From positions 301,431 to 365,430 of the forward strand of contig JAJFGB010000001.1 in the NCBI GenBank assembly GCA_021776335.1: a DNA stretch of 64,000 nt, given 5' to 3'. Below the pieces are notes generated by a model. The model worked only from the letters and a program-made list of their open reading frames with translations, was not told where the DNA came from and searched no databases. Source of the DNA: Hyphococcus sp. Its GTDB lineage: Bacteria; Pseudomonadota; Alphaproteobacteria; Caulobacterales; Parvularculaceae. Made by a program: the position numbers and the translations under genes. Below, in pieces: positions 9,349 to 18,953 of the stretch (its first letter is position 1; each line of letters starts with the position of its first letter).

Positions 9349-10569
9349 ATGATTTTAGAGATATTCCTGTTGATCGCGGTTTCCTCACTCGGCGCCTTTT
9401 TCTTCGGAAAGCATCTGGCGCAGTCACGCCTGGCTTTGGCGCCGGTCGGCGGGTTGTCGGACCGCGCCCATTCCTTGCCGGGCTATCATGGATATTTCGC
9501 CGCCTGGCTCGTGGGTCTTGCGGGTTTTGCCGTTGCTGCTTTGGGATTGGCCTATCCGAAGCTTTTTAACGGGGGCTTGTTATTGGCGCTGTTTGTTGCA
9601 GCGGTTGGCGGCGGCTTTGCCTTTAGCTACCGGCAGATCGGCGCCGGCTTTCGCGCGCGTATTCAGGTCGAGCGATTTGTTAAAGGCGCGCTCCTGTTAT
9701 GCTCGGGCGTTGCGGTGCTCACCACTTTTGGGATTGTTTTCTCATTGGTTTTTGAAAGCTTGCGGTTTTTTGAGCAGGTGCCGTTGCTGGATTTTCTGAC
9801 CGGGTTGCAATGGTCGCCGCAAACAGCGTTGCGCGAAGATCAGGCGGGCCAGTCGGGCGCCTTCGGCGCCGTGCCTATTTTTACGGGTACATTTATGATC
9901 ACGGCGGTTGCGATGTTCGTTGCTGCGCCGATCGGTTTGCTAATTGCGATTTATCTTTCCGAATATGCGACAAAGCGCACACGCGCCATCGTCAAACCCT
10001 TTGTTGAAATTCTCGCCGGTGTTCCAACCGTTGTTTACGGTTTCTTTGCGCTTCTAACCGTCGGTCCCGCGATTAGGGGGTTTGCGGAAGGGTTTGGCTT
10101 TTCGGTGCCCACCCAAAGCGCCATCGCGGCAGGATCGGTGATGGGTGTGATGATTATCCCCTTCATCTCTTCACTGTCAGACGATGTCATCAACGCTGTA
10201 CCACAGACCTTAAGGGACGGTTCCTACGCGCTGGGCGCGACAAAATCCGAGACCATGACCAATGTCATTTTTCCGGCGGCGTTGCCGGGGATCATCGGCG
10301 CGCTTCTTTTAGGCGTGAGCCGCGCGATTGGCGAAACCATGATTGTGGTGATGGCGGCGGGGCGCGCCGCTAACCTGACAGGTAATCCGTTTGAAGCGGT
10401 CACCACAGTGACGGTACAGATTGTGTCGCTGCTGACCGGCGATCAGGAGTTTGATAGCGCAAAAACTCTTGCGGCGTTTGCTTTGGGCCTGGTCCTCTTT
10501 GTCCTCACGCTTGTCCTCAACGTTATTGCGTTGCTGATCGTTCGAAAATATCGTGAAAGGTACGAATAG
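9349..10569 (+). CDS. pstC: Phosphate ABC transporter permease
   Basis: EILAGVPTVVYGFFAL, GSYALGATKSET, SRAIGETMIV motifs. Confidence 0.96.
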   Translation: MILEIFLLIAVSSLGAFFFGKHLAQSRLALAPVGGLSDRAHSLPGYHGYFAAWLVGLAGFAVAALGLAYPKLFNGGLLLALFVAAVGGGFAFSYRQIGAGFRARIQVERFVKGALLLCSGVAVLTTFGIVFSLVFESLRFFEQVPLLDFLTGLQWSPQTALREDQAGQSGAFGAVPIFTGTFMITAVAMFVAAPIGLLIAIYLSEYATKRTRAIVKPFVEILAGVPTVVYGFFALLTVGPAIRGFAEGFGFSVPTQSAIAAGSVMGVMIIPFISSLSDDVINAVPQTLRDGSYALGATKSETMTNVIFPAALPGIIGALLLGVSRAIGETMIVVMAAGRAANLTGNPFEAVTTVTVQIVSLLTGDQEFDSAKTLAAFALGLVLFVLTLVLNVIALLIVRKYRERYE

Positions 10570-10570
10570 G

Positions 10571-11866
10571 ATGTCCGCTTTCGAGTCCATTCATCAATCG
10601 GATCGCGCCGTAAAACGCATGACGAGGCGGCGTGGACAGGAACTGCGGTTTCGCCTGTTCGGTCTCGGTGCCGTCATTGCGGCAATGGTCGTCCTAGCGT
10701 GGCTGACCATAAGTCTTGTTGGCACAGGCTACACGGCGTTTTACCAGCACCACATGACGCTGGAGGTTTTTCTGGACGAAGCTGTCCTTGATCCGACCGG
10801 CGAGCGCAACGCGGAAAATTTACGGAAAGCCAACTTTCGCAAGATTATTCAAGAGGCGATCTATGCGCGCTTTCCTGAGGTCAGTGAGCGCCGTCAAAAA
10901 AGTGCATTGTTCAAGATTGTCTCTGCGTCTGGCGCGACCAATCAGGTGCGCCAAATGGCTTACGCCAATCCCGCGCTCGTTGGGCGGACATTGACGCTTT
11001 CTGTCCCGACATCTGATGACGTTGATCAGCTTCTGAAGGGGTATATCGATCGGGATGCTCCAGAAAAGCGCCGGAAAATATCCAATCAGCAGATTGTCTG
11101 GGTGGATGCGCTAAAGGCGACCGGTGAAATTAAATCGCAATTCAATTGGACCTTTTTTACCGGCGTTGACAGCCGGGACCCCGAACTTGCCGGCATCGCC
11201 GGCGCGGTGGTTGGCTCATTGATGGCGCTTGCCGTCGCCTTTGTTGTTTCAGTCCCGGCTGGTGTCGGCGCTGCTGTCTATCTTGAGGAGTTCGCGCCGC
11301 AAAACCGGTTTACGGATTTTATCGAAATCAACATCAACAACCTCGCCGCCGTGCCGTCGATTGTTTTCGGCCTTCTGGGGCTTGCAGTGTTCCTGAACTT
11401 TTTCGGGATGCCCCGCTCTGCGCCGCTGGTCGGCGGGCTGGTGCTGGCGCTGATGACCCTGCCGACAGTGATCATTGCGACGCGCGCTGCACTGCGCTCG
11501 GTCTCGCCATCAATCATCGACGGCGCCCTTAGTCTTGGGGCCTCCCATACGCAGGCCGTCTTTCATCACAAGGTTCCGCTGGCGGCGCCGGGCATATTGA
11601 CCGGCTCAATCATCGGCATGGCGCAGGCTCTCGGTGAAACGGCGCCGCTGTTGATGATCGGCATGGTGGCGTTTGTTACGGAAATTCCGTCAGGCCTTAC
11701 CGAACCCGCGTCGGCTCTGCCGGTGCAAATTTTTCTATGGTCAGACAGCGCAGAGCGCGCCTGGGCGGAGCGCACATCGGCAGCGATTATCGTTTTGTTG
11801 ATGGTGCTCGTGACGATGAATGCACTGGCAATATTTCTTCGAACGCGATTGGAGCGCAGATGGTGA
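10571..11866 (+). CDS. pstA: Phosphate ABC transporter permease
   Basis: [28 protein letters not shown] motifs. Confidence 0.96.
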   Translation: MSAFESIHQSDRAVKRMTRRRGQELRFRLFGLGAVIAAMVVLAWLTISLVGTGYTAFYQHHMTLEVFLDEAVLDPTGERNAENLRKANFRKIIQEAIYARFPEVSERRQKSALFKIVSASGATNQVRQMAYANPALVGRTLTLSVPTSDDVDQLLKGYIDRDAPEKRRKISNQQIVWVDALKATGEIKSQFNWTFFTGVDSRDPELAGIAGAVVGSLMALAVAFVVSVPAGVGAAVYLEEFAPQNRFTDFIEININNLAAVPSIVFGLLGLAVFLNFFGMPRSAPLVGGLVLALMTLPTVIIATRAALRSVSPSIIDGALSLGASHTQAVFHHKVPLAAPGILTGSIIGMAQALGETAPLLMIGMVAFVTEIPSGLTEPASALPVQIFLWSDSAERAWAERTSAAIIVLLMVLVTMNALAIFLRTRLERRW

Positions 11867-12726
11867 TGGCGGAAACAAATGTAGTTCGGGCGGACGGAAT
11901 TTTTCAACCGGTTCTGCCGAAAGGGGATGTAGTTGATATGGCAAAGAAACGGCGGGAGCCGGACGCTGAAAAGGCGAAATTTGCGTGCCGCGATGTCAGG
12001 GTTTTTTATGGCGCCAGTGAAGCGCTCCACGGCATTGATATGGAGATCGCCAATAGCGGCGTTACGGCGCTGATCGGTCCGTCGGGTTGCGGCAAATCAA
12101 CATTCCTGCGTGTCTTTAACCGAATGAATGACACCATTCCCAATGCGCGAGTGACCGGCGACATATTGATGGATGGAGAAGACATCTACGGCAAGAAAGT
12201 TGACCCCGTTTTGTTACGCGCACGCGTCGGCATGGTCTTTCAAAAGCCAAATCCATTTCCAAAATCAATCTATGACAATGTGGCCTATGGGCCGCGCATT
12301 CACGGTCTCGCGGTTAGTAACAGCGAGCTCGACTATATTGTTGAGAAAAGCCTGAAGCGGGCAGGGCTGTGGGACGAGGTCAAAGACCGCCTGAAAGAAT
12401 CGGGAACGGGCCTTTCCGGCGGTCAGCAACAGCGCCTGGTGATAGCGCGCGCCATTGCCGTCAGTCCTGAAGTGATTTTGATGGACGAACCGGCATCTGC
12501 CCTTGACCCCATTGCAACGGCAAAGCTGGAAGAGTTGATTGACGAGCTAAAAGAGAAATACTGCATTCTCATCGTCACGCATTCTATGGCGCAGGCGGCG
12601 CGCGTTTCCCAGAGGACGGCGTTTTTTCACCTTGGCGATCTTGTTGAATATGATGACACGCAATCGATCTTCACCAACCCGAAAGACCAACGCACACAGG
12701 ATTACATTACCGGCCGCACCGGTTGA
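11866..12726 (+). CDS. pstB: Phosphate ABC transporter ATP-binding protein
   Basis: Walker [38 protein letters not shown]; TGATG overlap with pstA. Confidence 0.97.
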   Translation: MAETNVVRADGIFQPVLPKGDVVDMAKKRREPDAEKAKFACRDVRVFYGASEALHGIDMEIANSGVTALIGPSGCGKSTFLRVFNRMNDTIPNARVTGDILMDGEDIYGKKVDPVLLRARVGMVFQKPNPFPKSIYDNVAYGPRIHGLAVSNSELDYIVEKSLKRAGLWDEVKDRLKESGTGLSGGQQQRLVIARAIAVSPEVILMDEPASALDPIATAKLEELIDELKEKYCILIVTHSMAQAARVSQRTAFFHLGDLVEYDDTQSIFTNPKDQRTQDYITGRTG

Positions 12727-12746
12727 GGTAAGATACGGAGGAAATC

Positions 12747-13451
12747 ATGAAAGAACATATTGTTACATCCTATAATGATGTCATGTCGGATCTATCCGGC
12801 GAGCTGTCTCGTATGGGTGGCCTGGTGCGCAAACAACTGATCGGGGCGCTGAAGGCGCTGGAGACCCGCGACGCCGATCTCGCAAGGCGCATTCGGAAAA
12901 ATGACAAACAGGTAGACGCCATCAATGATGATATTGAAGAGCGCGTCATGAACATATTGGCGCTGCGTCAGCCGGTTGCGGTTGATTTGCGTGAAACCAT
13001 TGCTGCGTTGAAAATAGCGCGGGAGCTGGAGCGCATCGGCGACCTGGCAAGGAATACCGCAAAACGAACAAAGGTTATCCTTGATGATGAGCCGATCGAC
13101 GGCATGGAAGAAATCCTCAAAATGGGCCGCGTCGCCGTTAAGATCGTTGAAGATGTTGTCGCTGCCTATGAGCAGCGCGACGTTGAAAAAGCGATTGCGG
13201 TTTGGAACGCTGACGAAGAGATCGATGAATATTGCAACACGGTCTTTACGCAGTTGCTGTCGGGCATGATGGTGGACAACTCGAATATCAACGCTTGCAG
13301 TCAGATGACCTTTGTTTCAAAGAATCTTGAGCGTGTCGGCGATCATGCGACAAATATTGCTGAGTCGATCCATTATGTGCTGACCGGTGAAAAAATCGAC
13401 GAGCGACGGCCTAAAAGCGATAAGACCAGCTCCACAATCGTTCAGATTTAG
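12747..13451 (+). CDS. phoU: Phosphate signalling complex protein PhoU
   Basis: LALRQPVAVDLR, ELERIGDLA, LERVGDHATNIAE motifs. Confidence 0.97.
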   Translation: MKEHIVTSYNDVMSDLSGELSRMGGLVRKQLIGALKALETRDADLARRIRKNDKQVDAINDDIEERVMNILALRQPVAVDLRETIAALKIARELERIGDLARNTAKRTKVILDDEPIDGMEEILKMGRVAVKIVEDVVAAYEQRDVEKAIAVWNADEEIDEYCNTVFTQLLSGMMVDNSNINACSQMTFVSKNLERVGDHATNIAESIHYVLTGEKIDERRPKSDKTSSTIVQI

Positions 13452-13520
13452 CGCGCCGGACAGCGTCGCTATTCAGGCGGTTTTCGGCCCGCAGCCGAGA
13501 AATGGCGGCCTTGAACCGGA

Positions 13521-13538
13521 CCTTCATCGTTCTGTCAT
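13521..13538 (+). promoter_or_regulatory. Pho box upstream of porin copy 2
   Basis: CCTTCAT-CGTT-CTGTCAT (11-bp period). Confidence 0.7.
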
Positions 13539-13595
13539 CAAACGGCGTCATTGAGCGTATCTTGTTCGGCAACGGCTGGGTGGGGCCGGTTTCAA

Positions 13596-14831
13596 ATGAT
13601 CAAGATGATGACGAGACTGGGGATGGTAGCAGGGGCGACCGCAACGGTGTTGGGCGCCGGTGCTGCCGGTGCAGAATCAACCGGGCCGGATTTCCGGTGG
13701 AATCCTGCGCCGGTTTTCACGGGCGATGACTGGGAAGCCAAAATCATTGGCCGGGTTCAGTTCGACTATGCATTAGTTGATGCAGACATATCGGGCGCCA
13801 ATTGGAATGAGGGCGAGTTACGCGGATTGCGGCTTGGGGTCTCCGGCAATTATGGTGATAATGTCAAATACAAACTCGAGCTCAATACGAATTCGAGCGG
13901 CGATGTTAGTTTTCTAGGCGATGTTCGATGGGCGCCGACAGGCGGCGCCTGGTATTTCAAAGCCGGCCAGTCCAAGACGCCAAATTCTCTCGATGAACAA
14001 ACGTCATCGCGCTTCATTTCAACGCTTGAACGCGCGGCCTTTACAGACGCCTTTGAATTTAATCGCCGTCTCGGCGTCAGCCTGAATGCCAAAGGCGAAC
14101 AATACACGCTTTCTGCAGGCGCCTATGGAGACAGCATCAACGCGCTCAGCCAAGAGGATGGTTTTGCTGTGGCGGCGCGCGCCACGGTCAATCCGATTGA
14201 AAATGACGATGGGTTAATTCATCTCGGCGTCTCGATGCGCTATCGCGGCATTGGCGACGGGCAAAGCGACTTACGTTATCGTCAACGCCCGTTCTCGCAC
14301 ATTCCGGGACGTATCATCAGCACCGGCGCTATTGCTAATGCCGATTTCTTTGTCGGTGCAGAGGCGGCGGCGATCTACAAAAGCTTCTGGGCGGCTGGCG
14401 AATATGGCGTCACGTTTGCAGAATGCAGCGCGGCGGCTGCTTGTGCCGATCCAACCTTACAAGGCGCCTATGGCGAAGCGGGCATTTTCCTCGGCGGCAG
14501 AAAAACCTACAGAGATGGAAAGTATGATCGCCCGATTGTTGATAACCCAATCACCGAAGGCGGCATGGGCGCGCTCGCTTTCGTTGCCCGGTTCGATACC
14601 ATCGACCTTTCCGACAGCGGCGTGAATGGCGGCAGCTACACTTCTTATATTCTGGGCGCCGACTGGTGGGCGACAAAATACACGCGGCTTGGCGTCAATC
14701 TCTTCAAGGTTGATGCCGATCTGGGCTCATCAACCTCAGGTCTCGATACCAATTTTGCAGCGCTCGTTTCTGGCGGCACGCTCATGGAAGACGTCACCGG
14801 CGTCATTGCGCGCGCGCAGCTCGATTTTTAG
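13596..14831 (+). CDS. OprO/OprP-family phosphate-selective porin (copy 2)
   Basis: Clear paralogue of 6918-8147 at protein and DNA level; ends QLDF. Confidence 0.9.
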   Translation: MIKMMTRLGMVAGATATVLGAGAAGAESTGPDFRWNPAPVFTGDDWEAKIIGRVQFDYALVDADISGANWNEGELRGLRLGVSGNYGDNVKYKLELNTNSSGDVSFLGDVRWAPTGGAWYFKAGQSKTPNSLDEQTSSRFISTLERAAFTDAFEFNRRLGVSLNAKGEQYTLSAGAYGDSINALSQEDGFAVAARATVNPIENDDGLIHLGVSMRYRGIGDGQSDLRYRQRPFSHIPGRIISTGAIANADFFVGAEAAAIYKSFWAAGEYGVTFAECSAAAACADPTLQGAYGEAGIFLGGRKTYRDGKYDRPIVDNPITEGGMGALAFVARFDTIDLSDSGVNGGSYTSYILGADWWATKYTRLGVNLFKVDADLGSSTSGLDTNFAALVSGGTLMEDVTGVIARAQLDF

Positions 14832-14838
14832 ACGGCGC

Positions 14839-15510
14839 TCACGCTTTCTCATACCATTTCGTAAAGAGAACGCGGATCATCCAGAACAGCATCAAGAAAA
14901 GAATGATTGGCTCTGGTGCGGACAGAATGCCCGTTTCACGAATGACCTCCGGAAACGCTTTGGCGCCGGGTCCTGTAAAGAGCGAGCCGGCGGCAATGAA
15001 ATAGGCAAAGCACATCCGCCAAAGGTGGCGCGCAATGCGCTGGCGGCCGGCGACGCCGCGGCGAACCAGCACGCTGACGTCGAACGCGGCGGCAAGCAGG
15101 GCCAGCCCGGCGAAGAAATAATAAGGTTCGGCGGAAAATCCGTCCTTTGAGCCGGCCTCGCTATTTGCGGCCTCAAGACCAAAAAACAGGCCGCCGGCAG
15201 CGACACCCAACGCAACAAGAAGCATCGCAAATTCCAGCGCGCCAATTGTGTTTTCCTTACGTTTGACGGTCGTCCAGGCGGTCACCACCAGATAACAAGT
15301 GAAGACGCCCACAAGGACAGAAATCATCATCGGCAGGGTGATCGCCATATAGGCGCCGGCCATCGCCATCGCGAGCATCGAGACCAGAAAAACATTGCCG
15401 GCGCCACGGTGCAACGGGGACCCCTTGCGCACCGTCAGCGCGGTTGCGCCGCTGACCACAGCAATTGTTCCGGTAATCACATGCAGCATTATTATTGGCG
15501 ACATGGCCAT
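14839..15510 (-). CDS. DUF2306-like membrane protein
   Basis: LHVITG..RKGSPLHRGAG and RIARHLWRMC motifs; several TMs; AGGAGG RBS upstream. Confidence 0.75.
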   Translation of the reverse strand: MAMSPIIMLHVITGTIAVVSGATALTVRKGSPLHRGAGNVFLVSMLAMAMAGAYMAITLPMMISVLVGVFTCYLVVTAWTTVKRKENTIGALEFAMLLVALGVAAGGLFFGLEAANSEAGSKDGFSAEPYYFFAGLALLAAAFDVSVLVRRGVAGRQRIARHLWRMCFAYFIAAGSLFTGPGAKAFPEVIRETGILSAPEPIILFLMLFWMIRVLFTKWYEKA

Positions 15511-15735
15511 TCTTTTTGATCCTCCTGATGGGGTGTTGAATGCATAAGTCTACGCCTTGCGGAACCGCCGGTCGCCCGAATGTGCCGGTGCGGACACATA
15601 TTCTGTCTCTCCCTGACGGAGAGGACATGACAGGTTGCCAGCCTGTTGGCCCAAGCTCTTGAGTTGGGTGTTGTCATCGAATGGCGGTTTCACATAGGTA
15701 ACGGGCGGGTAAGCTTGGATATTGGGAGGCATCGC

Positions 15736-16953
15736 GTGAGAGATATTGCAGGTCTTGCACTGGTCATGGCGACGCTCGGCCAGGTCGGTCTTTGCACGTC
15801 AGTCTTGCTGGCGCGCGCGCCTCGGACACGAGCCTATCTGCCCCTTGCAGTTTTTTTTATCGCGAGCGGCGTGATCAGCGCGGGCCCGGCTGTGGCGACG
15901 TTCCTGCCGGCATTGGAAACCCATTTTATCGCTGCGACCCTGCCAGCCTATCTGCTGCTTGGCCCGATGCTGTGGCTTTATGTGGAAGGGCTGACATCTG
16001 AAACCCCATGGCGATTTCAGCAGCGCCATATCAGGCATGTTGTGCTGTTTGGGTTGGGGCTTTTCGCCATGGCGCTCACGATCAGCCTGTCGCTGGAGCA
16101 CCGCACACAGATTTTCATTGAAGGCGTTGAGGTTAAAACTGCCTTTGCATCCGGATTAATGATCTATCTCTTTTTGCTGATCCTCGGATGGGTCGCGCAG
16201 TCCGGTTATTATCTGATCCGGGTTTTTCACCGACTCTCAACCTACCGTCAGCGGTTGAAAGATTTGTTCGCGAGCAATGATCAACGCGAGCTCCAGTGGC
16301 TCACCTCGCTGGTCATCGTCATTGGCGGCGTCTGGCTTTTGTCATTCGCGATGGTCGTTTCGGATAATTTTTTCGCGCATCCTCTTCTCAGCCATCGGGC
16401 CGGCGCCATGATGTCTCTTGTTCTCGTCTGGTCGCTGGGGCTCTGGGGTTTGCGGCAAAAGCCGGGGTTCGAAGGACGCTATCTTGATGATGCGCCGTCA
16501 CCCCAATCATCCGCGCCATTGGAAACGCCTGTGGCTGATGCGGCGCCGGATAACGAACCTGATGCATCGGACCAGAAATATCAGCACTCAGCGTTGGGTG
16601 ATGAACAATCGCGCCGCATCGCCGGAAAAATTGACGCCGCCATGAGCCGGGATGAGCTCTATCTTGACCCGGCGCTGTCATTGCACCGGCTGGCCGCCCA
16701 TATCGCCGTGTCGCCAAATTATATCTCGCAGACATTGAACGAAACGATTGGCGCAAGCTTTTTTGACTATGTGAACCAAAAGCGGATCGAGGCCGCAAAA
16801 CCGCAAGTCATTTCGGGGGAGGCGACAATCCTCGCCGTTGCGTTGAATGTGGGCTTTAATGCGCGCTCTTCTTTTTATAAAGCCTTCAAGCGCGAGACCG
16901 GACAAACCCCGAGTGAATATAGAATGACGCATGGCGCTCAACAAAATGCGTAA
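15736..16953 (+). CDS. Membrane-anchored AraC-family transcriptional regulator
   Basis: About seven TMs, then LYLDPALSL..SFFDYVNQKRIEAA..GFNARSSFYKAFKRETGQTPSEYR; GTG 15736 follows a GGGAGG RBS. Confidence 0.9.
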   Translation: MRDIAGLALVMATLGQVGLCTSVLLARAPRTRAYLPLAVFFIASGVISAGPAVATFLPALETHFIAATLPAYLLLGPMLWLYVEGLTSETPWRFQQRHIRHVVLFGLGLFAMALTISLSLEHRTQIFIEGVEVKTAFASGLMIYLFLLILGWVAQSGYYLIRVFHRLSTYRQRLKDLFASNDQRELQWLTSLVIVIGGVWLLSFAMVVSDNFFAHPLLSHRAGAMMSLVLVWSLGLWGLRQKPGFEGRYLDDAPSPQSSAPLETPVADAAPDNEPDASDQKYQHSALGDEQSRRIAGKIDAAMSRDELYLDPALSLHRLAAHIAVSPNYISQTLNETIGASFFDYVNQKRIEAAKPQVISGEATILAVALNVGFNARSSFYKAFKRETGQTPSEYRMTHGAQQNA

Positions 16954-17109
16954 GGCACTGGCGACCTTTACGGGGTTTCTTCTGTTCCGGCGACCTGTTC
17001 CTTCTCTGCAGCACAGGCAGTATCTTGAACGTTCATCGCGCCCGATTACCCCTTTTTTAAGAGGTTTTGGGGATACTTTTCGCCGCATTTCAGAGGGGTA
17101 GGCGGTGAT

Positions 17110-17790
17110 ATGGCGGTGTTCGGTAAGAGGGGTAATGGGCAGGGGAGCGCAGCATATGCCGCGACACCTGCCGCCGGTTCAGCACATATGTGTGATGCGC
17201 ATTATGCGCCATCGCAATATGAAGAAGCCTATAATTCAGGCGCCGATCTCGATGGACAAAGCAACCCGGGACAACGCACCGAATATCGCATTGCGCGCAA
17301 TTGGACGGATCTCGCCTTTGGGGGCGTCATTATTTGGTCTGTCGGCTACTTTCTCTCGCAACCGTTGGGCCCCGAGGGCTGGGACATAACGAGCATATTC
17401 ATCAGATCCTTTCTCGTTCTTGCGTTCATCGGCGGACTTTCCATGGCGCTTGATACGGTGACGGGTAAAGCCAAGCTGGTGCTGGATGATACTGGCATGA
17501 AGACTGAAAGCATCATCGGCAACAAACATATGAGATGGGAAGACATTGGCAAATTTCAGCTGATGAGCATCAATTATAACAAGATGGTCTTTGCTGATCG
17601 CCGCAAAGAGGCCAGGGGCTCGTCATCAAAACGCATCGTTATTCCCGTTAAAGCATTCAAATCGCAGTCAATGGAATTTGCGCATTTCATGGCCAAGCAT
17701 CGGCCTGATTTATTTCCTTATGTGCCGGCAATCATGAAAAAAGTCGGCGCGAAAAAGCTGGTGAAAAAATTCATCGAGAATAATCAATAG
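17110..17790 (+). CDS. Hypothetical two-TM membrane protein with PH-like C-terminal domain
   Basis: Two TMs followed by KLVLDDTGM...MRWEDI (bacterial PH-like pattern); N-terminus MAVFGKRG. Confidence 0.6.
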   Translation: MAVFGKRGNGQGSAAYAATPAAGSAHMCDAHYAPSQYEEAYNSGADLDGQSNPGQRTEYRIARNWTDLAFGGVIIWSVGYFLSQPLGPEGWDITSIFIRSFLVLAFIGGLSMALDTVTGKAKLVLDDTGMKTESIIGNKHMRWEDIGKFQLMSINYNKMVFADRRKEARGSSSKRIVIPVKAFKSQSMEFAHFMAKHRPDLFPYVPAIMKKVGAKKLVKKFIENNQ

Positions 17791-17870
17791 CACTCTGCCT
17801 GTTGCAGCTCCTTGCCGGGAGGGGGCTCCAAGTGGTTTCAGAAAAACGACTGAAATAACCGGATAATCGG

Positions 17871-18851
17871 CTACTCAACTGGATATGGACCAGCTGTAAA
17901 GCTTGCCTCGTGATATCCCTTGACGCCAACCGCATTCGCGAGATCACTAAGCGGAGATCCACCCGAATGGACTCTCGCAAGTACGGATTTGAAATCGTGG
18001 AGGGGACGCCATCCCAGGTCTTCTCGAGCTTTCTTGTTCACATAGACCCGGTCGATTGATTGATACATTGACCAGTTCATTTGAGCGAAGTCATTGTCGA
18101 ATTTGACATAGCGACGCACCACCGCTGCAGCATCGTTGCGAAGCTGTGAAAGATCATTTTCGCAAAAGGGTGTTGTTGCGCTGATGATGTAGCGGCCGAA
18201 ACCGATATCGCTCGCTCGTTGTGCGGCGGTCAAATGAGCGGAGACAACATCTTCAAGATCGACGCGGCGATGAAGGAATTCATTTACCTGTGCATTTTCC
18301 GTACTGAACGCAGATCGCATCGCGGCGCTGTCTTGTTCCTCGGGAAAGAACCGGGAAGTTCTAAGAACGATGCACGGCAACTTGTCTTTTCTATGGGCAA
18401 GCCAGCATAAATCTTCCGCCGCCAGTTTCGTTGCACCGTAGATATTTTTCGATCGCGGGATGGCTTCCTCTGTGATCCAGGCCGCGGCGGCGCCGGGCGG
18501 CGGCGTGAGCGCTTCGCCGAACGCGCTGGTCGTGCTCGTAAAAACGAATGCTGAGACGCCGACATCTCGAGCCGCTTCGAGCAGATTCAGCGTGCCCGTA
18601 ATATTGGTGTCGATAAAGTCCTGGCGGGAATGGGTCGCGACATGTGGTTTATGCAGTGTCGCCGTGTGGAGGACCACAGACACGCCTTCCATAGGGATGT
18701 TGACAAAATCACTGTCGGCGATTGAGCCCACATGATCAGTGAAAGCGCCGGGTTTCACGTCAATCGAAACGACGCCAGCTGCCTGGTTTCGCAGGACGCG
18801 AACAAGCGCTTCGCCAAGATGCCCCGAACTTCCTGTCACCAAATATTTCAT
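17871..18851 (-). CDS. NAD-dependent epimerase/dehydratase (extended SDR)
   Basis: LVTGSSGHLG, FTSTT and YGATK catalytic motifs. Confidence 0.88.
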   Translation of the reverse strand: MKYLVTGSSGHLGEALVRVLRNQAAGVVSIDVKPGAFTDHVGSIADSDFVNIPMEGVSVVLHTATLHKPHVATHSRQDFIDTNITGTLNLLEAARDVGVSAFVFTSTTSAFGEALTPPPGAAAAWITEEAIPRSKNIYGATKLAAEDLCWLAHRKDKLPCIVLRTSRFFPEEQDSAAMRSAFSTENAQVNEFLHRRVDLEDVVSAHLTAAQRASDIGFGRYIISATTPFCENDLSQLRNDAAAVVRRYVKFDNDFAQMNWSMYQSIDRVYVNKKAREDLGWRPLHDFKSVLARVHSGGSPLSDLANAVGVKGYHEASFTAGPYPVE

Positions 18852-18953
18852 GGGCTATTCATGCAGCGGTTTTGAGCCAGTGACAATTCCACGCTTTGGA
18901 ATGTGTACACATGCGTTGCGTATAAGTGATCGACCGGTGTTGTTGGGGTCGAA

